Below, one piece after another: positions 28,110 through 42,500 of a stretch of 64,000 nt of DNA. Each line of letters starts with the position of its first letter. Position 1 is the stretch's first letter. The stretch comes from Podarcis cretensis (lineage: Eukaryota), in assembly GCA_951804945.1 (NCBI GenBank), contig OX638153.1, forward strand, positions 64,418,001-64,482,000, read 5' to 3'. The notes beneath the pieces were generated by a model. It made no database searches, had not been told where the DNA came from, and saw only the letters and a list, made by a program, of their open reading frames with translations. Both the position numbers and the translations under genes were made by a program.

Positions 28110-28384
28110 AATGTAGCCATGGCCACCAGCTTGGACATCTTTAAAAGAGGCTCAGAAAAACTCATGGAAGATAAGGCTATCAATGACTACAAGCCACGAT
28201 GGCTGTGCACTGCCTCTCCAATTGGAAGTGACAGGTCTCTGAAAATGTAAATGGTGACGGTGTTGCTGTGCTCATGTCATACTTGTAGGCTTCTCACAGG
28301 CAGATGGTTGGTCACTGTGAAAGCAGGATGCTGGACTAGGTAGGCCAAAGTTCTGATCCAGCAGGATTTTTCTTATGTTCTTAT
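28110..28384 (+). mobile_element. Old CR1 3' end
   Basis: GGCCACCAGCTTGGACATCTTTAAAAGAGG...GGCTATCAATG and a TTCTTATGTTCTTAT tail. A similar remnant lies at ~14545-14775. Confidence 0.7.
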
Positions 28385-28519
28385 CACATTGACTGTCTTC
28401 ATCCTGAAATGCACCATAAACATCATTATTTTATGCCTCGGACTGTGTATATTCTAAAAGTGTAAAAGACCAAAAGCAGTAATATTGAGTGAAGTTGCCT
28501 GAAATGTCATGAGCAACAC

Positions 28520-28565
<46 letters not shown>

Positions 28566-28920
28566 TTATTATCTGTACCCCGCCCATCTGGGCGGCTTCC
28601 AACAAAGATTAAAAATACATTAAAATGTCACACATGAAAAACTTCCCTGAACAGGGCTGCCTTCAGATGTCTTCTAAATGTCAGGAAGTTGTTTATCTCT
28701 TTGACATCAGATGGGAGGGCATTCCACAGGGCGGGTGCCACTACCGAGAAGGCCCTCTGCCTGGTTCCCTGTAGCTTTGCTTCTCGCAGTGAGGGAACCG
28801 CCAGAAGCCCCTCTGAGCTGGACCTCAGTGTCTGGGCAGAACGATGGGGTGGAGATGCTCCTTCAGGTATACTGGGCTGAGGCCGTTTAAGGCTTTAAAC
28901 ACTTTGAATTGTACTCAGAA
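28520..28920 (-). mobile_element. L2-type LINE 3' end with (ATT)n tail
   Basis: An (AAT)n tract adjoins CCCCGCCCATCTGG...CAGGGCTGCCTTCAGATGTCTTCTAAA, which I recall as a squamate L2 3' end. Confidence 0.7.
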
Positions 28921-29758
28921 ACAAATACCGATTTGGCATACGATTCCCCACCCCTGTATTAGACCCCCTATTATTACCCAGTAGTCAGAGATGGAAATTA
29001 TGCTGCCACTTGTGGAAATGTAAAACATTTAACAAGCTTGGTCCCAAATCTGACAGATTTCAGCCACAGGAGGCTTAACCATTCTGCGGGAAGACATCCT
29101 AAAGATCCTTTCTGACTACTATCCTGGCTTTCCTCTTGCCTTTCTTAAAGGCAATAGCCTTGTGTTGTTGTTGATGGCTTGAGACTAAGTAGCATTTGTA
29201 TGCTTACACAGGTCTGCTGCGCTTTGCTTCATGCCTGCTGAAGGATGGCTAAGGGCAAAATTTCCTCAGCCTGAGTCCCTAGAAGACAACTTCAGGCAAA
29301 ACAACAGAAATCCTGCCTTTGCACTTAGAGGATAATCTAAACTGAGCCTTCATGGTAAAGCAGTTTCCAGGAGATTCTGCATCATGGGAGAAGTGCAGTT
29401 TGTTAAAAGTCCAATAAGAAGTTAAGCCTTGCTAAGAAACAGTAAACTTAAAAGCCCAGCTCTAAAATTTTCTGAACTTGCTAGCACCAACTAACTATCC
29501 ATAAATTTGATAAAGGCAAGTGACTGAGGACTGGTTGTTCACTGCAACAAGAGTGGCACCCACTTCAAGTGCTTTCACTCTGTAACCTTAAAACACTTAA
29601 TTGTTCCCTATAACTTTGCTTCTTTCTGTCATTTTTTTTGGTCTGCCTGTCCCTAAATGGACTAACAGAACAAACTTTCCAAGCTTAGCTCCACAACTAC
29701 TTATTTTGCCTCTTGGATAGTTATTCTCAACTGTCTTCTAAAACTATTGAGGTTAGAG

Positions 29759-29881
29759 TAAGGTTACCAGACGTCCCCGTTTCCTGGGGACAGTCCCTGG
29801 ATTTACAAATCAGTCCCCATACAAAATCCATTGAAGTTGAAAAGTGTCCCCAGATTCATTGGAAAAAACCTGGTAACCTTA
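29759..29881. mobile_element. 123-bp hAT MITE, same TIR family as 18558-19351
   Basis: Perfect TIRs TAAGGTTACCAG / CTGGTAACCTTA and an 8-bp TSD GGTTAGAG. Confidence 0.9.
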
Positions 29882-31111
29882 GGTTAGAGAGATGCACTAA
29901 GTCCATATTTGTGAGTCTCTGCACATGGTACCCCTCATGTTGAAAGACTCAAGGCCCATCAATCCTGCTTAATTCTCATATCTGGTCTCTTACTATGGCA
30001 GAGCAGCATCAAGAAAAATGAGGAATATTTGTTTATGAGATTTCTCTAGCCGTGAGTGGTCCTACTGTTAGATAGAGTGAGATGGCTGCCTCAGGCAGCA
30101 GATGCTAAGGGGCAGGGAGTGGACTGAACTGACATAGGTACTGTACCACTTCACTCAGCCTGCTGCCCTCAAGTGCTGTGGAGGACACTGTCCAATTGCC
30201 AGTGTTGAGTAAGATTCATTCAGCAGCCTGGTCAACTTGTGTGCATGGAATAGGGCAGACGCCATCTTGCCCAATGACTCAGATAGCAAAATGCCTATGG
30301 CTCTGTCTCTCCATCCCACCTTCTAATTTAGAAAATGTTAAATATTCTCATGAGGCAGTGCAATGACATTCAGGAGCTTGGACTCCCAATTCCAGAAATG
30401 CCAACATATATTACTCTTCTTTTAGTCAAAGTGCTGCACTTTGCAACCAGCACATTGTAAGCTGCTGCAAACCAGTGATGTGATGCCAATGCGCAATGCG
30501 AAAGAGTAAGGGCAGGGAGATTTATAGAGGAAGCCCTGGTTCTTGATTTCTCCCTTTCCATCTCCCACAGTGTCATGCTGCATATTAAAGTTCCAGAGAT
30601 TTATTCAGGTAACGCTTCTATTTATAAACCCGAGGGCAAGTTACAATCAAGGGAGAGAAGCAAGCACATAGGTGACCATTCATGCAGCTCATCGCAGGTA
30701 GAGAATTGGACATGGGGTACATATGCAGCAGATAATCAATATGCTGGCATTGTTCTCTACAAAATATTCCCTGAATGCCTAAGCACAGCAGATACATTTA
30801 TAAAGAGTATATCCTGCTCTGTAGATAATCCACAGAACAACTGAAGGGATAAATGCCCAGAATTGATGTCATTGTTTGGCCTGGATTCATGATGACAAAG
30901 AATGGCAAGATGATGATGAACCATGAAGGCACATGTTTTTTCTTCATTTTACCTAACAATAGAATGGAGACATTAATAGTGCATCCATTTAACGTGATGA
31001 TTCCAGCTAGGGAAGGGAATTCGTGGGTGAGGGGTGGGGTACAGATGATCTATAGGAAAAGCATGGCAAAGGTTTTCTTTGAGAGCCAGTTTATATACTA
31101 CACAGAGTATA

Positions 31112-31453
31112 AAGGTAAAGGTACCCCTGCCCGTACGGGCCAGTCGTGTCCGACTCTAGGGTTGTGCACTCATCTCACTTAAGAGGCCAGGAGCCAGCGC
31201 TGTCCGAAGACACTTCCGGGTCACGTGGCCAGCGTGACGAAGCTGCTCTGGCGAGCCAGCACCAGCACAGCACACGAAAACGCCATTTACCTTCCCGCTA
31301 TAAAGCAGTACCTATTTATCTACTTGCACTTAGGGGTGCTTTCGAACTGCTAGGTGGGCAGGAGCTGGGACCGAAAGACGGGAGCTCACCGACCATGCAA
31401 TCGGCAAGTCCTAGGCACTGAGGTTTTACCCACAGCACCACCCGCGTCCCTCG
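31112..31453 (-). mobile_element. Sauria SINE, young subfamily, internal deletion near the B-box
   Basis: TSD CAGAGTATA at 31103-31111 and 31454-31462; close to the copies at 35.1 and 46.9 kb. Confidence 0.92.
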
Positions 31454-32899
31454 CAGAGTATAGAGGTGGACTTAAAGCATAGAATTCTGCACAATACCAC
31501 TTCAGCGGAAATAATCCCCCCCCCCAGTAAATTTCCTTCCATGTTAAAGACAAGGTAAGCCAAAATACAAGTCACTGACCACACTGACTCACAAATTATG
31601 TTCTGATGCAAACTCCCTAGTTGCGAAGTTTCTTTCTGTATGAGCACTCCATTAGTTGATTGGGATCTTTTTCAATATGTACATGGTGATTTAAGGGCCA
31701 GATGTAACTAAATAGTTGCACTTGCAGAAGCTGGTACAATAAGTCCCGCTGGTGCAATGGGACTTTCTCCCCTCTCCTCCACCCTGCACCCTAACACACA
31801 TGTTCATCAGTTCTGGGAGACCTGGAGAAACTCCAGAACAGTGGGGTGGGGAGAAGGTGAGGAGAGATTGTTCCATCTGGAAATCTGAAATGTTTTCGCA
31901 GATTGAACAATAGTAGCACAACACTGGATTCCACCCTGTGAAGATTAGAAATCTCTGGCGCTCTTGCTCTCTTCAAGCAACTCATATATTTACCAGCAAA
32001 TGGTTATTAGAAACTATAGCTGTGCTGTGAAAACGCCGACCATCCCAGTACATACCCACTGCTTTTGCCCCTTTTTCAGGAGGGCTAGGTATGGGGTGAA
32101 GTGGGGGTCACTACACGCTCCATGACTGCTCTGCATTCCATCCCCCCCTTTTTCCATACGAAGGCAGGAAGCATTGCACTCCTTCTAAATTTGATTTTAT
32201 GATTATGCCACATAACCAATCAGATTTGGAGATGTGATGACATTTGAAGCCCAATCAGAGAGAGGGTAGTGTTTCCTGTACCCACTCTGACGTCATGTTG
32301 TGTAAAACAAAGGGAAGGGGAATTAAAGGAATTGTAGAGAGTTCTAGGACCAGAGGCAGGTGTCAGAAAATGGGGCCGAAAAGGTTAGTACAGGGCTTTT
32401 GTGAAACCGACCAATCCCTAAAAAGCCTTTGCTTGATTCACCACAGAGCATTTAGCTGGATCCTAATGGAAACAATGTTACAGGCCTACAGCAGAAAAAA
32501 GTAGCAGGTGGGGAGGGGAAATTAAAACTCATTTTTTATGTTTTAGGTCTTGGAATTTTCTTCTAATTCTGATCCTCAAAGAAATGATTAACTTTGACAA
32601 TGAAACTAAGCAACCTGAACTAAAAACATTATTACACCTCATATCACAAACAATGAACGATGCAATAACATCTAAATCCTTGTCTAGGTAGAGAAATAAA
32701 TGTGGATTAGCCCAGTTATTGTATCATTAAAAATCAACACATTATGTAAAAATAGGAAACTATGATAAACCTGCGTGGCAACAGAAAAATAGCGGGATAG
32801 TTAACCACAAAAGGGGTCTCGATTGCCATGGATTTGCTCTTCTCTCTGGGAAAAAGGCTGCAGAAAGCATTGCCTGAAAAGAGAACAAAGGGAAGTGGT

Positions 32900-33200
32900 T
32901 GACTGTTTCTGGCTGTGATTCTACCAGATGTTCACCCTGACAATAATGAATGGAGAGCTCATTGAATGGCAAAACCCACTCAGTATTTACTTCATAGATT
33001 TTCAGAAATCGTTTGTCAGCAGCTTCCATCGTAATTCATTATGGATTGTCTTGAAGTGTTTGGGTATGCCAGCAAAACTAATTAACATAATCAAGGTAGA
33101 GCCTGAGGACTTGAGTGAAGGTTCAGCTTATATCTTGGCATGTAAACCAGGGTGCATATTTTGTGTCACCCCCCTTTTTTTAACATGATCACCAACTTCC
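32900..33200 (+). mobile_element. Old RTE-type LINE RT remnant
   Basis: IEWQNPLSIYFIDFQKSFVS..SLWIVLKCLGMPAKLINIIK resembles the LINE RT block FIDFEKAFDSV...LW..L...GIP.K.I.II. Confidence 0.7.
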
Positions 33201-33633
33201 TGTTATGAAGCATTTTATACCTGAGCAGGCAAAGACGGATGACTTGAACCGCATCATTCTGCCCAACGTGCTATGTCTTGAAGCGCTGTGCCAGTCTTTT
33301 TCCTTTTGAAAAACCGTTCTTAAGACCCCATAGATGCGGAGAAAATGTCAGAGCTGCACAATTATTATTTATTATTTCAGTTTATATTCTGCCCTTCCTC
33401 CCAAAGGAGCCCAAGGTAGCAAACACATTGATGAGAAAAGGTGTTGTTGTTTTCTAAGCATTCTAAAAACATTCCCTCAACCAGTGATTCCAGGGTTGGC
33501 AGGAACAGTATCTTTCAGCCATCAAATGTCTGGGCAAAGAGGAATTTTTAAAAATTCCTCCTGAGAGTCAAAAACGACTTGCGTAATGCTACTGTTTCAA
33601 ATGAATGGGTCAAAGCAGACAGCGTCGAGTGAT

Positions 33634-34084
33634 GTTGTTGTTTAGTCGTTTAGTCGTGTCTGACTCTTCGTGACCCCATGGACCAGAGCACACCAGGCAC
33701 CCCTGTCCTCCACTGCCTCCTGCAGCTTGGTCAAACTCATGCTGGTAGCTTCGAGAACACTGCCCAACCATCTCGTCCTCTGTCGTTCCCTTCTCCTTGT
33801 GCCCTCCATCTTTCCCAACATCCAGGGAGTCTTCTCTTCTCATGAGGTGGCCAAAGTATTGGAGCCTCAGCTTCACGATCTGTCCTTCCAGTGAGCACTC
33901 AGGGCTGATTTCCTTCAGAATGGATAGGTTTGATCTTCTTGCAGTCCATGGGACTCTCAAGAGTCTCCTCCAGCACCATAATTCAAAAGCATCAATTCTT
34001 CAGCAGTCAGCCTTCTTTATGGTCCAGCTCTCACCTCCATACATACTGGGAAAACCATAGCTTTTACTATACGGACCTTTGTTG
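33634..34084 (-). mobile_element. BovB (RTE-clade LINE) 3' fragment
   Basis: Encodes RVPWTARRSNLSILKEISPECSLEGQIVKLRLQYFGHLMRRED and has a (CAA)n tail. 12-bp TSD GCGTYGAGTGAT at 33622-33633 and 34085-34096. Confidence 0.92.
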
Positions 34085-35133
34085 GCGTTGAGTGATAGGC
34101 ATCCATTTTTCATTGGTGCATAAGGGCTAGTTGCTCAAAGGGGGGCAGGAAGACTCATTTCCTCACAGTTTAGCCTGCTGTGTGCATCCCACCATTTGCA
34201 CCCCTCTTTCTGCCCCATTTACTTTGTTTCATATGCTCGGAGTGACCAAAGTTCGAACTACCATTATCTGAGCACCCTTAGGCATTTCTGGAAATCAAAG
34301 TCTCTGTTTAGAAATTAATGATTAATAAAGGAAGATTGCCAGGTTTTCTTGTTTCCAGTATGATACCAACATCCTGCTTGCAGTTATACGTGGTTGAGTG
34401 AACTAATGCATCCTATCCTGCTGGCAAAACCAGCAGGAGGATTTAAGGGCAATGCAGCTATTTCACCCATCCACCATTCAAAAACAAAGTACGATCCATT
34501 GATGTCATGTCATGGCCTCCTATCCTGCAGGCTCAACCTCACTCCAGACAAGAGGAAATAAAGCCAAATTGCAACAGTTCCGGCACAAAACAGGCTCTGT
34601 AGCATTTACTATTCAGTCACACTGATGAGGAGGATCTATGCCAGCCGACATCCATCCATTTTATCAACCACAGATTGGATTCTCCAAGCAGTTCCCAAGA
34701 TTTTAAAGAAATAAAAGGTCACTAATTTAAAAGGTCACTAATTTAATGGCTTTTCAGCAAGCCAGTGTCTTGGAAGCATTGTTTAGAAAATAGGAACAGA
34801 AAAATCTCAGGAATTCCAAATGTTACACCAGATTTTAGTTCTTCGCTCCAGCAGTATTCATGCAGTCAGTTTGGGTAAGTATACTAGTAGTCAGCACAGG
34901 GAAGTTGGAAGCCTGGCTATGCAATGCTGATTGTCTTTTACTTTTATGTATTCATTCATTTCATACGAATAAAGAGATTGTTATATCAAAAAGCACCACA
35001 TAAAATAAAGTAGTTGTACTGCAGAGATGAGATTTAGGAATTACTCTATCAGAGTGCAGAGTATAAACATTTTAAATACATAAAAACCTTCTCTCAATTT
35101 ATTTGTAATTTAAGGTCTGGTACCATTACTATG

Positions 35134-35512
35134 GTGGGACGCAGGTGGCGCTGTGGGTTAAAGCCTCAGCGCCTAGGGCTTGCCGATCGAAAGGTCGGCG
35201 GTTCGAATCCCTGCGGCGGGGTGCGCTCCCGCTGCTCGGTCCCAGCGCCTGCCAACCTAGCAGTTCGAAAGCACCTCCGGGTGCAAGTAGATAAATAGGG
35301 ACCGCTTACCAGCGGGAAGGTAAATGGCGTTTCCGTGTGCGGCTCTGGCTCTGGCTCTGGCTCTGGCCAGAGCAGCTTCGTCACGCTGGCCACGTGACCC
35401 AGAAGTGTCTCCAGACAGCGCTGGCCCCTGGCCTCTTAAGTGAGAGGGGCGCACAACCCCAGAGTCTGTCAAGACTGGCCCGTACGGGCAGGGGTACTTT
35501 TACCTTTACCTT
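35134..35512 (+). mobile_element. Sauria SINE, young and full length, with internal (GGCTCT)n expansion
   Basis: GGGACGCAGGTGGCGC head, B-box GGTTCGAATCC and (ACCTTT)n tail. TSD TACCATTACTATG at 35121-35133 and 35513-35525. Confidence 0.95.
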
Positions 35513-36476
35513 TACCATTACTATGAGCTTATTGTGAAGAATCTGCAAAGCAGGATTCAAAATTCGGATAGAAAAATCTGAAACTTCCCCAGTGGAATGG
35601 ATCTTGCTCTTAAAGAGTGAAAATGAAAATATTGCACCATGCAGTTTTTCTGGGTTTTTAAAACACCCTTCAATATCTGGCACCAGAGGAGCCAATATAG
35701 GCCCACTCGTTAAAGAGCTGTCTTTGGATGCTCAGAGAGAAAGCAATTATGTAACTAAAGAGATGTTTATTGCTAACTGAATGCAATGCAGACATTTGAC
35801 ATGTGGTGCCGTGGTTAGTAGGTTGGACGGGTGAAGTGATGGACATGAGGCAGGAGTTGATAATGCAGGTGAGCTGTGCACAGGTGGGCTGCATGCAAGC
35901 TGCCAGCCAGCTCTGTGGAGCCTCCTTTTTCTGACACAAATATGCTAACCAGGCAGATTCATTTTGGGCTGTGACCTTTACACATCTTCCAGTCTCGAGA
36001 TTGTGGGGTGATACAAAGTTATTTTGGCACCTGTTTCCACCGCATCATTTTCCCCTTGCACAGTGTATGACGAAGCAGACAAAAGGTCTCAGAGACAAAG
36101 GTTACAGACAGGACACCACAGGCTACTGAGACCGCAAAAGGTTAGAGAGAGGGTACGATGTTCAGACAGCTGTAGCTTTGTTTGTGAGGGGGAGGTGCCC
36201 CACACCCCAAGGTCACGCGTGCAGGCAGACTGTGGCTGCCTGCGGGTGGGGAGTGTGCTCCCTCCGGACCCCATGGTCATCCCTACAGACGGGGACTTGG
36301 GAGAGTAGGGTTCAAATCCACACTTGGCCACAAAGCTCACTAGGTGATCTTGGGTAAGTTACAGCCTTTCAGCTAAATCTACCTCACTGGGCTATTGTGA
36401 TGAAAAATATGGGGATGGAAAGAACCATGAATGCCACCTTGAGTTCCTTAGAGGGAAGCTGGGATACAAATGTATA

Positions 36477-36554
36477 GGGTGGGTGGGTGGGTGGGTGGGT
36501 GGATGGATGAATGGATGGATGGATGGATGGATGGATGGATGGATGGATGGATGG
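36477..36554. repeat. (GGGT)n(GGAT)n microsatellite
   Basis: Read directly. Confidence 0.93.
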
Positions 36555-39500
36555 CAAGCCGTGGTTAGCAAAGGCAGAAGCTTCTGAACTCTAAAAAGGT
36601 GGAAATGAAGTCAGGAGGAGCATGTGAGCTTGCACTCATTTGTGTTTGTGAATCTCACACTAAACCGTGGTTTAGTATGATATGTGAACAAGGTCACTTT
36701 ATTGAGTAATTTCACCAAAAGCATTTAAATACATTATACCAATAAGGCTGAAGTGCTTCACTTACAAAGAATTATAATCAGCGATTGAGACATGCCTTGG
36801 TCTTACACATTCCTTGTCTTTATGAATTATAATTTTGTACTTTAAGAAGACATGTCTGAGTGAGGACAACATGCATTATATGAACTGCGCTTGTAAGCAA
36901 AACAGAAGCATTCCGCCTTAAAAATGACAGGTGCTTGCAGGGGTTCCCTATTCTTCTCTCTGATGATAATCTGCTCTGGCTCTCCCCACCCCCTCCACCC
37001 AATTGTCTCTGCTTCTTTGACATTCTTGGAATTGAAGTGCCATAATGTTTGAGAGCTGCATCTCACTGCCCCAGGCAAGAGTATTGATCAGTCAGTAACC
37101 TGAAAAGAGGGGGCACCTGCTGACTTGGTTTAAAAGAAGAGACAAAAAGAGGTGGTGATAAATTGAATTATAATTATCAGTTGGCCCCTCTGTTTGCAGG
37201 GTAGCTTGAGCAGAAGCTGCATTAAGGAATGAGAAGAGCACAGAATGGCTTTATTGGGAGCCTGTGCTTGCAAAGCTGTCAAGCACTTTCAGTTTATATA
37301 ATGACATGTTGGTTCTACGTATACCTTTTGCTTATTAGTCTCTTTTCTCTTGCTTGTTCCTTTTAAAGGCTAGCTAGGCAAATCATAGGCTGTGAAATCC
37401 TCACATTCTATTATGATGACATACATGTGCATGAAGGTTTGTGTGTGTAAAGAGAGAGGAGCGGGGAGGAGAAGGACGGAGAGTCCTAGTGATGAAGAGG
37501 ATGAGACACTGTAGCCCCTGGACCCAACAGTTGGTGTTCAGGGAAGCTTCGTCATGATACCAATGCCAGGAATTCCACAGAGGTAGGAACAGGCATAGAA
37601 GAAATTATTAAAAATGAAAGAGTTATGGCTTGGCTACTCCTAAGGGGAGATATGGAAGTGCTTGAGTGATTTGTGAGGGCTGTTAACACTGAGAAGGAAA
37701 AGGTATTAGTCTGGTACAGGGGAGTTTATCTTCCTGTAGTACGGTGCAATTACAAGTTGGGTCGTACAGAATTAATACTGAAAGAAACTGTCACTCACTG
37801 GCAAGGGCTCCCTGTATTGGTCTTTCTCCAAAGAAAGAGGTAAAGCTTCTTATCCTGGTAATGTAAAGAAGATGTGATCAAAATACAGAGCACTATCTTG
37901 ATGGGGAGTAGAGAAACTAAAGAGTTTCGCTTTCCATTCATTCAGTCCCAAATCAATGTATTCATAAAAAAAGAATCAAAGATGCACACACAAACGCACC
38001 CACCCACCCCCCCGAAAGATGATTCCGAAAGCAGCTTGGTTGAGAATCAATGTGAAATGAGTAAGTTTCCATTCTTCCTGCAACACTGAGTAGTTTGATT
38101 CACCCCATCCATCTGGTCTGCTCCCAGGTGAGCTGATTGTATAAAACAGATACCTATGGTTTCCAATCCATGAGCTGTTAGTGCATCAGAGTGGTCCACG
38201 TAAAGATGCTCATGGAGGATAAACTGTTTGTCAGATAATAGGGATTATAGCAGACACTGAGAGGACCACATTTTCTATCACAGACATCTAAAAAACAAAG
38301 GATTTTCTTTTGGCCAGCAAATAAAGCCAGCTGAAATACTAGTTACAATATAAGCTATTTGGGGCCTCCTGTTCTCTGTGCTCACTAGATCTTCTCCACA
38401 AATTATGAGCTTCCACCTGCATTCTGTCTCTGTGCTTGGCCCTAAATCCTCTCCCCCCACCCCCACTCTCCCAGCTTGCTTAGCCAGACCCTCTCATATT
38501 GCTTTTCTTCATTCTTCTCCACCCGCATCCCCACAACAAGACTCTCAAAAGGGCATCCACTGTAGGTAATGCCTGCAAGTTAAATGCCATTTGTGAAGAC
38601 TGTGAAGAAGGCGGCTGTGGAGTATCCCCACTCAGATGGAATTGAGAAGGAGGTGTGTTCATAGTGCAGTGACATGGAACCTGCGGCTTTCCAGGTATCA
38701 CTAGACTAAGTCCCACCAGCTCCACCCAACATGGCCAGTGGCCACAGATGATGGGAGTTGTAGTCCAGCAACATCTGGAAGGCTGCAGGTTCCCCAACTT
38801 CGTGTGACATGCTCTGTGAAGAGCTGTGTTCCTTCATGTAACCCCTTCTCTTCACTGTGATGCCTGCAGAACAGCTTTTTCATTTGTGTTTCAAACTATA
38901 TAGCCTATCCATATAGCCTCTTTCCTCAAGCCTAATGCTGTGTGTGTCAATTTTGCTGGGATCACAGCAGGGTAGGAAAGTGTTAAACCTCCCCTCCCTT
39001 TACTCTGTGGTTCCAATGAAAATCCTACCCCACTCCACAGCTAGTATCACATGCATTCATATACCAAACTATGTGTAATGATGACTATGCAATTAAAGTA
39101 ATGTCTAGTTTGGCCCTGACTTGCTGATCTGAGTAGGCAGCATTAGCGCTGAAGCACAACATGCCCCCAAGCCATGATCTCCAGCTGTGCTGATGCTGCA
39201 GGTGTAGGAAACCATGAGTTTATGTGATACTAGTGAGATGTGTGAGACTCCACATAGGTACACTGAATGTGGTCCTCCAGTGTCAAACTGGCTCCTAACT
39301 GCCATCAGTGAGGTGGCATAGTCTTCTCATGTGACTTTACCATTTTAGTAAACGAACTCTTGAAACAGATCTAAATTATATGGGCATAAGGAAGTTGCCT
39401 CTTGTAAAAGCAAAAAAATCTTAAATCTACCATAATCTGGGCACAGTTCCTTCCCTATTCTGGCACAGACTAGCTGCCTAATCATGACTACTTTGCAGTT

Positions 39501-42500
39501 TCACTTTTGCTTGTAAAGCAATAATAGCAGCAACCACCTCTACCAAGTGTTTTATCAACCCTTAAGAACATTTAAAAGCCTATGGTAAACAAAATCCATA
39601 GCTCTGCTGCAGCTCATTAATAAACAAAGTGCAAAGCAGAGGCAAAGGCAGCGTCCTTGGAGACACCTTGTTTGTATATACTCTCTCCTCTGTGATCGGT
39701 TGCTTCAATGATCTTCTCTTTTTAACTCCCAATTAACTAGGATGCCGTCCTTGTATCATTTACCTGAGCAAGCCACCTGGATACTCTCCTTTTCACCATC
39801 ACATAGGGACTGGGGGTGGGGGAACCTGTCAATTTCAGTATCTCATTTCTCCAAGCTTACATTCAGCTCTCCACGTTTCCACATGAGTTTGCTTCTTTCT
39901 TTCTTTTTAAGTCCTCATGGAAATTCATCAGGATTTCAGGGAAGTTTCTCCCAACACACACATTTTGTATGCAATTTTGCTTAATAGTCACATTTTTGCA
40001 AAGCAATCCCCCCCTAACATAATGTTATTTTCACTAATATCTGTATTTTTGTGCACACTTTACCTCATATATGCATTTTTGTGTGCTTAGCTGGAGAAGT
40101 GAATTGCAGAATTCAGAGAAATGAGGGTATCAAAGAGGGCTATGTTTTGCATTGCATGTTGATTTGGAATGTGCTAATTAGGTAGGTTCATCTTTAAATG
40201 TAAACTGAATTGAATTTCTCCCCCATCCCTTGTAGTGACCCATCTTACAAGACAAAGGATATTCTATCCAGTGTAATTTCAATTTTTCACATAGCTGACA
40301 AAACACATGTTCTATCAGTGACAGGTGCTGGCCTTCAGGTTTGCTTCTCAGAAAAGCCAGCTGCTAAGAAGACATTCAAGTGTGATTCGTCCTTTTTCCT
40401 CAACAAATTCAGTCTATCCCTGTCCTCTGGTTCCTTCTTCTACTGTGAAGCATCCTAGAGTGGTGAAAGTTTAGTAGTGAGATTGTCTCAGCTGGTGTAA
40501 TCTCACAGACTGAACTGAGCAGGTAACAGAACCTAGGAAAGGAGTACTGCGAATAAGGCAAGAAGAAAATATATGCAGGCCCAGGAGCTGGAGAGCTGAT
40601 TGAATTTCACATCCTTATTGGAAAATATATGAATAATCACCCATCTCTTGAGCTGCAACCATCTAGCTCAGGGATAGGAAACCTCTGTTCCTCCTGATAT
40701 TGCTGAACTACAACACACATCACCCCAGGCCATTGGCCATAATGGCTCAAGCTATTGGGAGTTGAAGGCCAACAACATCTCAAGGACCACAGGTTCCCCA
40801 TTGCTGCTCTAGCTCAATCTATATTGTGCAAGTACATAAATGTTAAGTAGAAGCCATGTTGGTTGTGGCAACAATGGAAGAGAATTTGGGGAGAACAAAT
40901 ATGATTTTTTTTTCAGATTTGACATAGTTCCCATCCAAGTTGGATTTGACTATCATAGTGAAATCATCAGCAATGGCAGCCTTCTCATTCATCCCACTAT
41001 GTTTCCATGTCAGATTGCAAGGAACAGGTCCTTTGAAGAAACAATGATTTTGGCCCATAGAATTCCATGATATAAAGAGCCAACATGTTCTATAGATGCT
41101 GTATAGTGAAGAATCATCACACTGAAGTAACACCTAAACTCTGTTTATGAGAAATGAAGCCTCTAAAAATGTGTTGCTGGAGTAACTCTGATATAGTCTG
41201 CTATCCTACACAAGAACCCCTCAGAGTGTGGCTGCAGCCATCCTACTGTCATGCACCAGCCAGACACCTCACAATACTTATTTATTGCCTTTTAATTAAT
41301 CCTTCTGACAAGGACTTCAAGGTATCAACCATGATGTCTCTTCATTCTATCCTCAAAACAACCCTGTGGGACAAGAGAAATGTCTGAGAGAGAGCCTGGC
41401 CCAAGGTCACGCAATGAAGATCATAGCTGAGTTTCAGAGCTAGAAAATGAGCTGTGCTGTTGAAAAAAATCAAGAGCTGAGAACTGGAAGCTGCAACTGT
41501 TGGTCATAGGAGTTGCAGTCCAAAACATCTGGAGAGCACCAGGTTAGCGAAGGTTGCTCTAACCACTACATCACATTGACCTAAGTATCCTCATCAACCA
41601 TCTCCTCACACATGATGTTGCTCCATTCAGGAGGCACAATAATTCAGTTACGTTCCTCAGTGAGAATTTCCTTACTAACATCTGTAAGGATTCCTTGTAA
41701 GGTCAGGCCCTGTACACTATGGATGACAAAGGTCTATCAAATGGTTAACTCTGGTGTCACTGTCTTTTGGACTCATGATGTCCCCAGATGGCACACAGAG
41801 AGAGCATTATTTACTGAGGACACCAAGCAGGCAATTGTTCTTTGGGAGAAAGTAATAAATCTTGTCACATTTCAGTGAGTCCATCACTGTTACTCAGAGC
41901 TGCAATGATGCAGAGCTCTGTTTATTCCTTCTCCTTGAATATTGATGCTGTAAAGGAAGGCTTAGTTCTCCCTGCCCAGCCAATCCAGAAGGGCACTTAG
42001 GAGTTTAAGTTTAATATAACTGCAGAAGCAAGTAGCTGATTGCAGAGAGTAGCACTGGGTCATGCCATGCAGCCTCTCCACCCAATACATATAGCCTTCT
42101 GCTGGGCTGAGTTGTCCAACTAGCTGTAACAATGCATGAGCCCTTCAGCATTTCAAACACAAGGTCTTGTCTGGCTTAATTTTGCAAGCATGGCCGTGTC
42201 ACAATCTAGCATTCACACTGCCACCACCCCTCTCCTGTTAAAAAGAAGTGGGCACAGAGACTAAGAACGTGTCTGTGTATTCTGAGCCAAGTGATGCTCA
42301 CGTTGTTGTTGGCATCTGTCTGTCTTGAGAGAGAATGGAGTGTCCTTCTGGGCATGAAGTCCAATCCCTGGAGAATCACAGTGGCTAAAGAGACTGGAAA
42401 CTCATAACTGCTGCCTCTAGTGTTGTGACTTTTCCTGGCTGCAAGCCTGGGCGGTGCGTATGAAGGTCCTGGGCTGCCCAGATGACAAGACCCCACTCTC

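Noticed and set aside
35136-35215. tRNA-like A/B boxes
   Set aside because: This is the tRNA-derived head of a Sauria SINE, not a tRNA gene.
36064-36140. Possible plus-strand exon (acceptor CCCCTTGCACAG, donor AAG|GTTAGA)
   Set aside because: The donor is weak, the peptide is unrecognised and I saw no partner exons.
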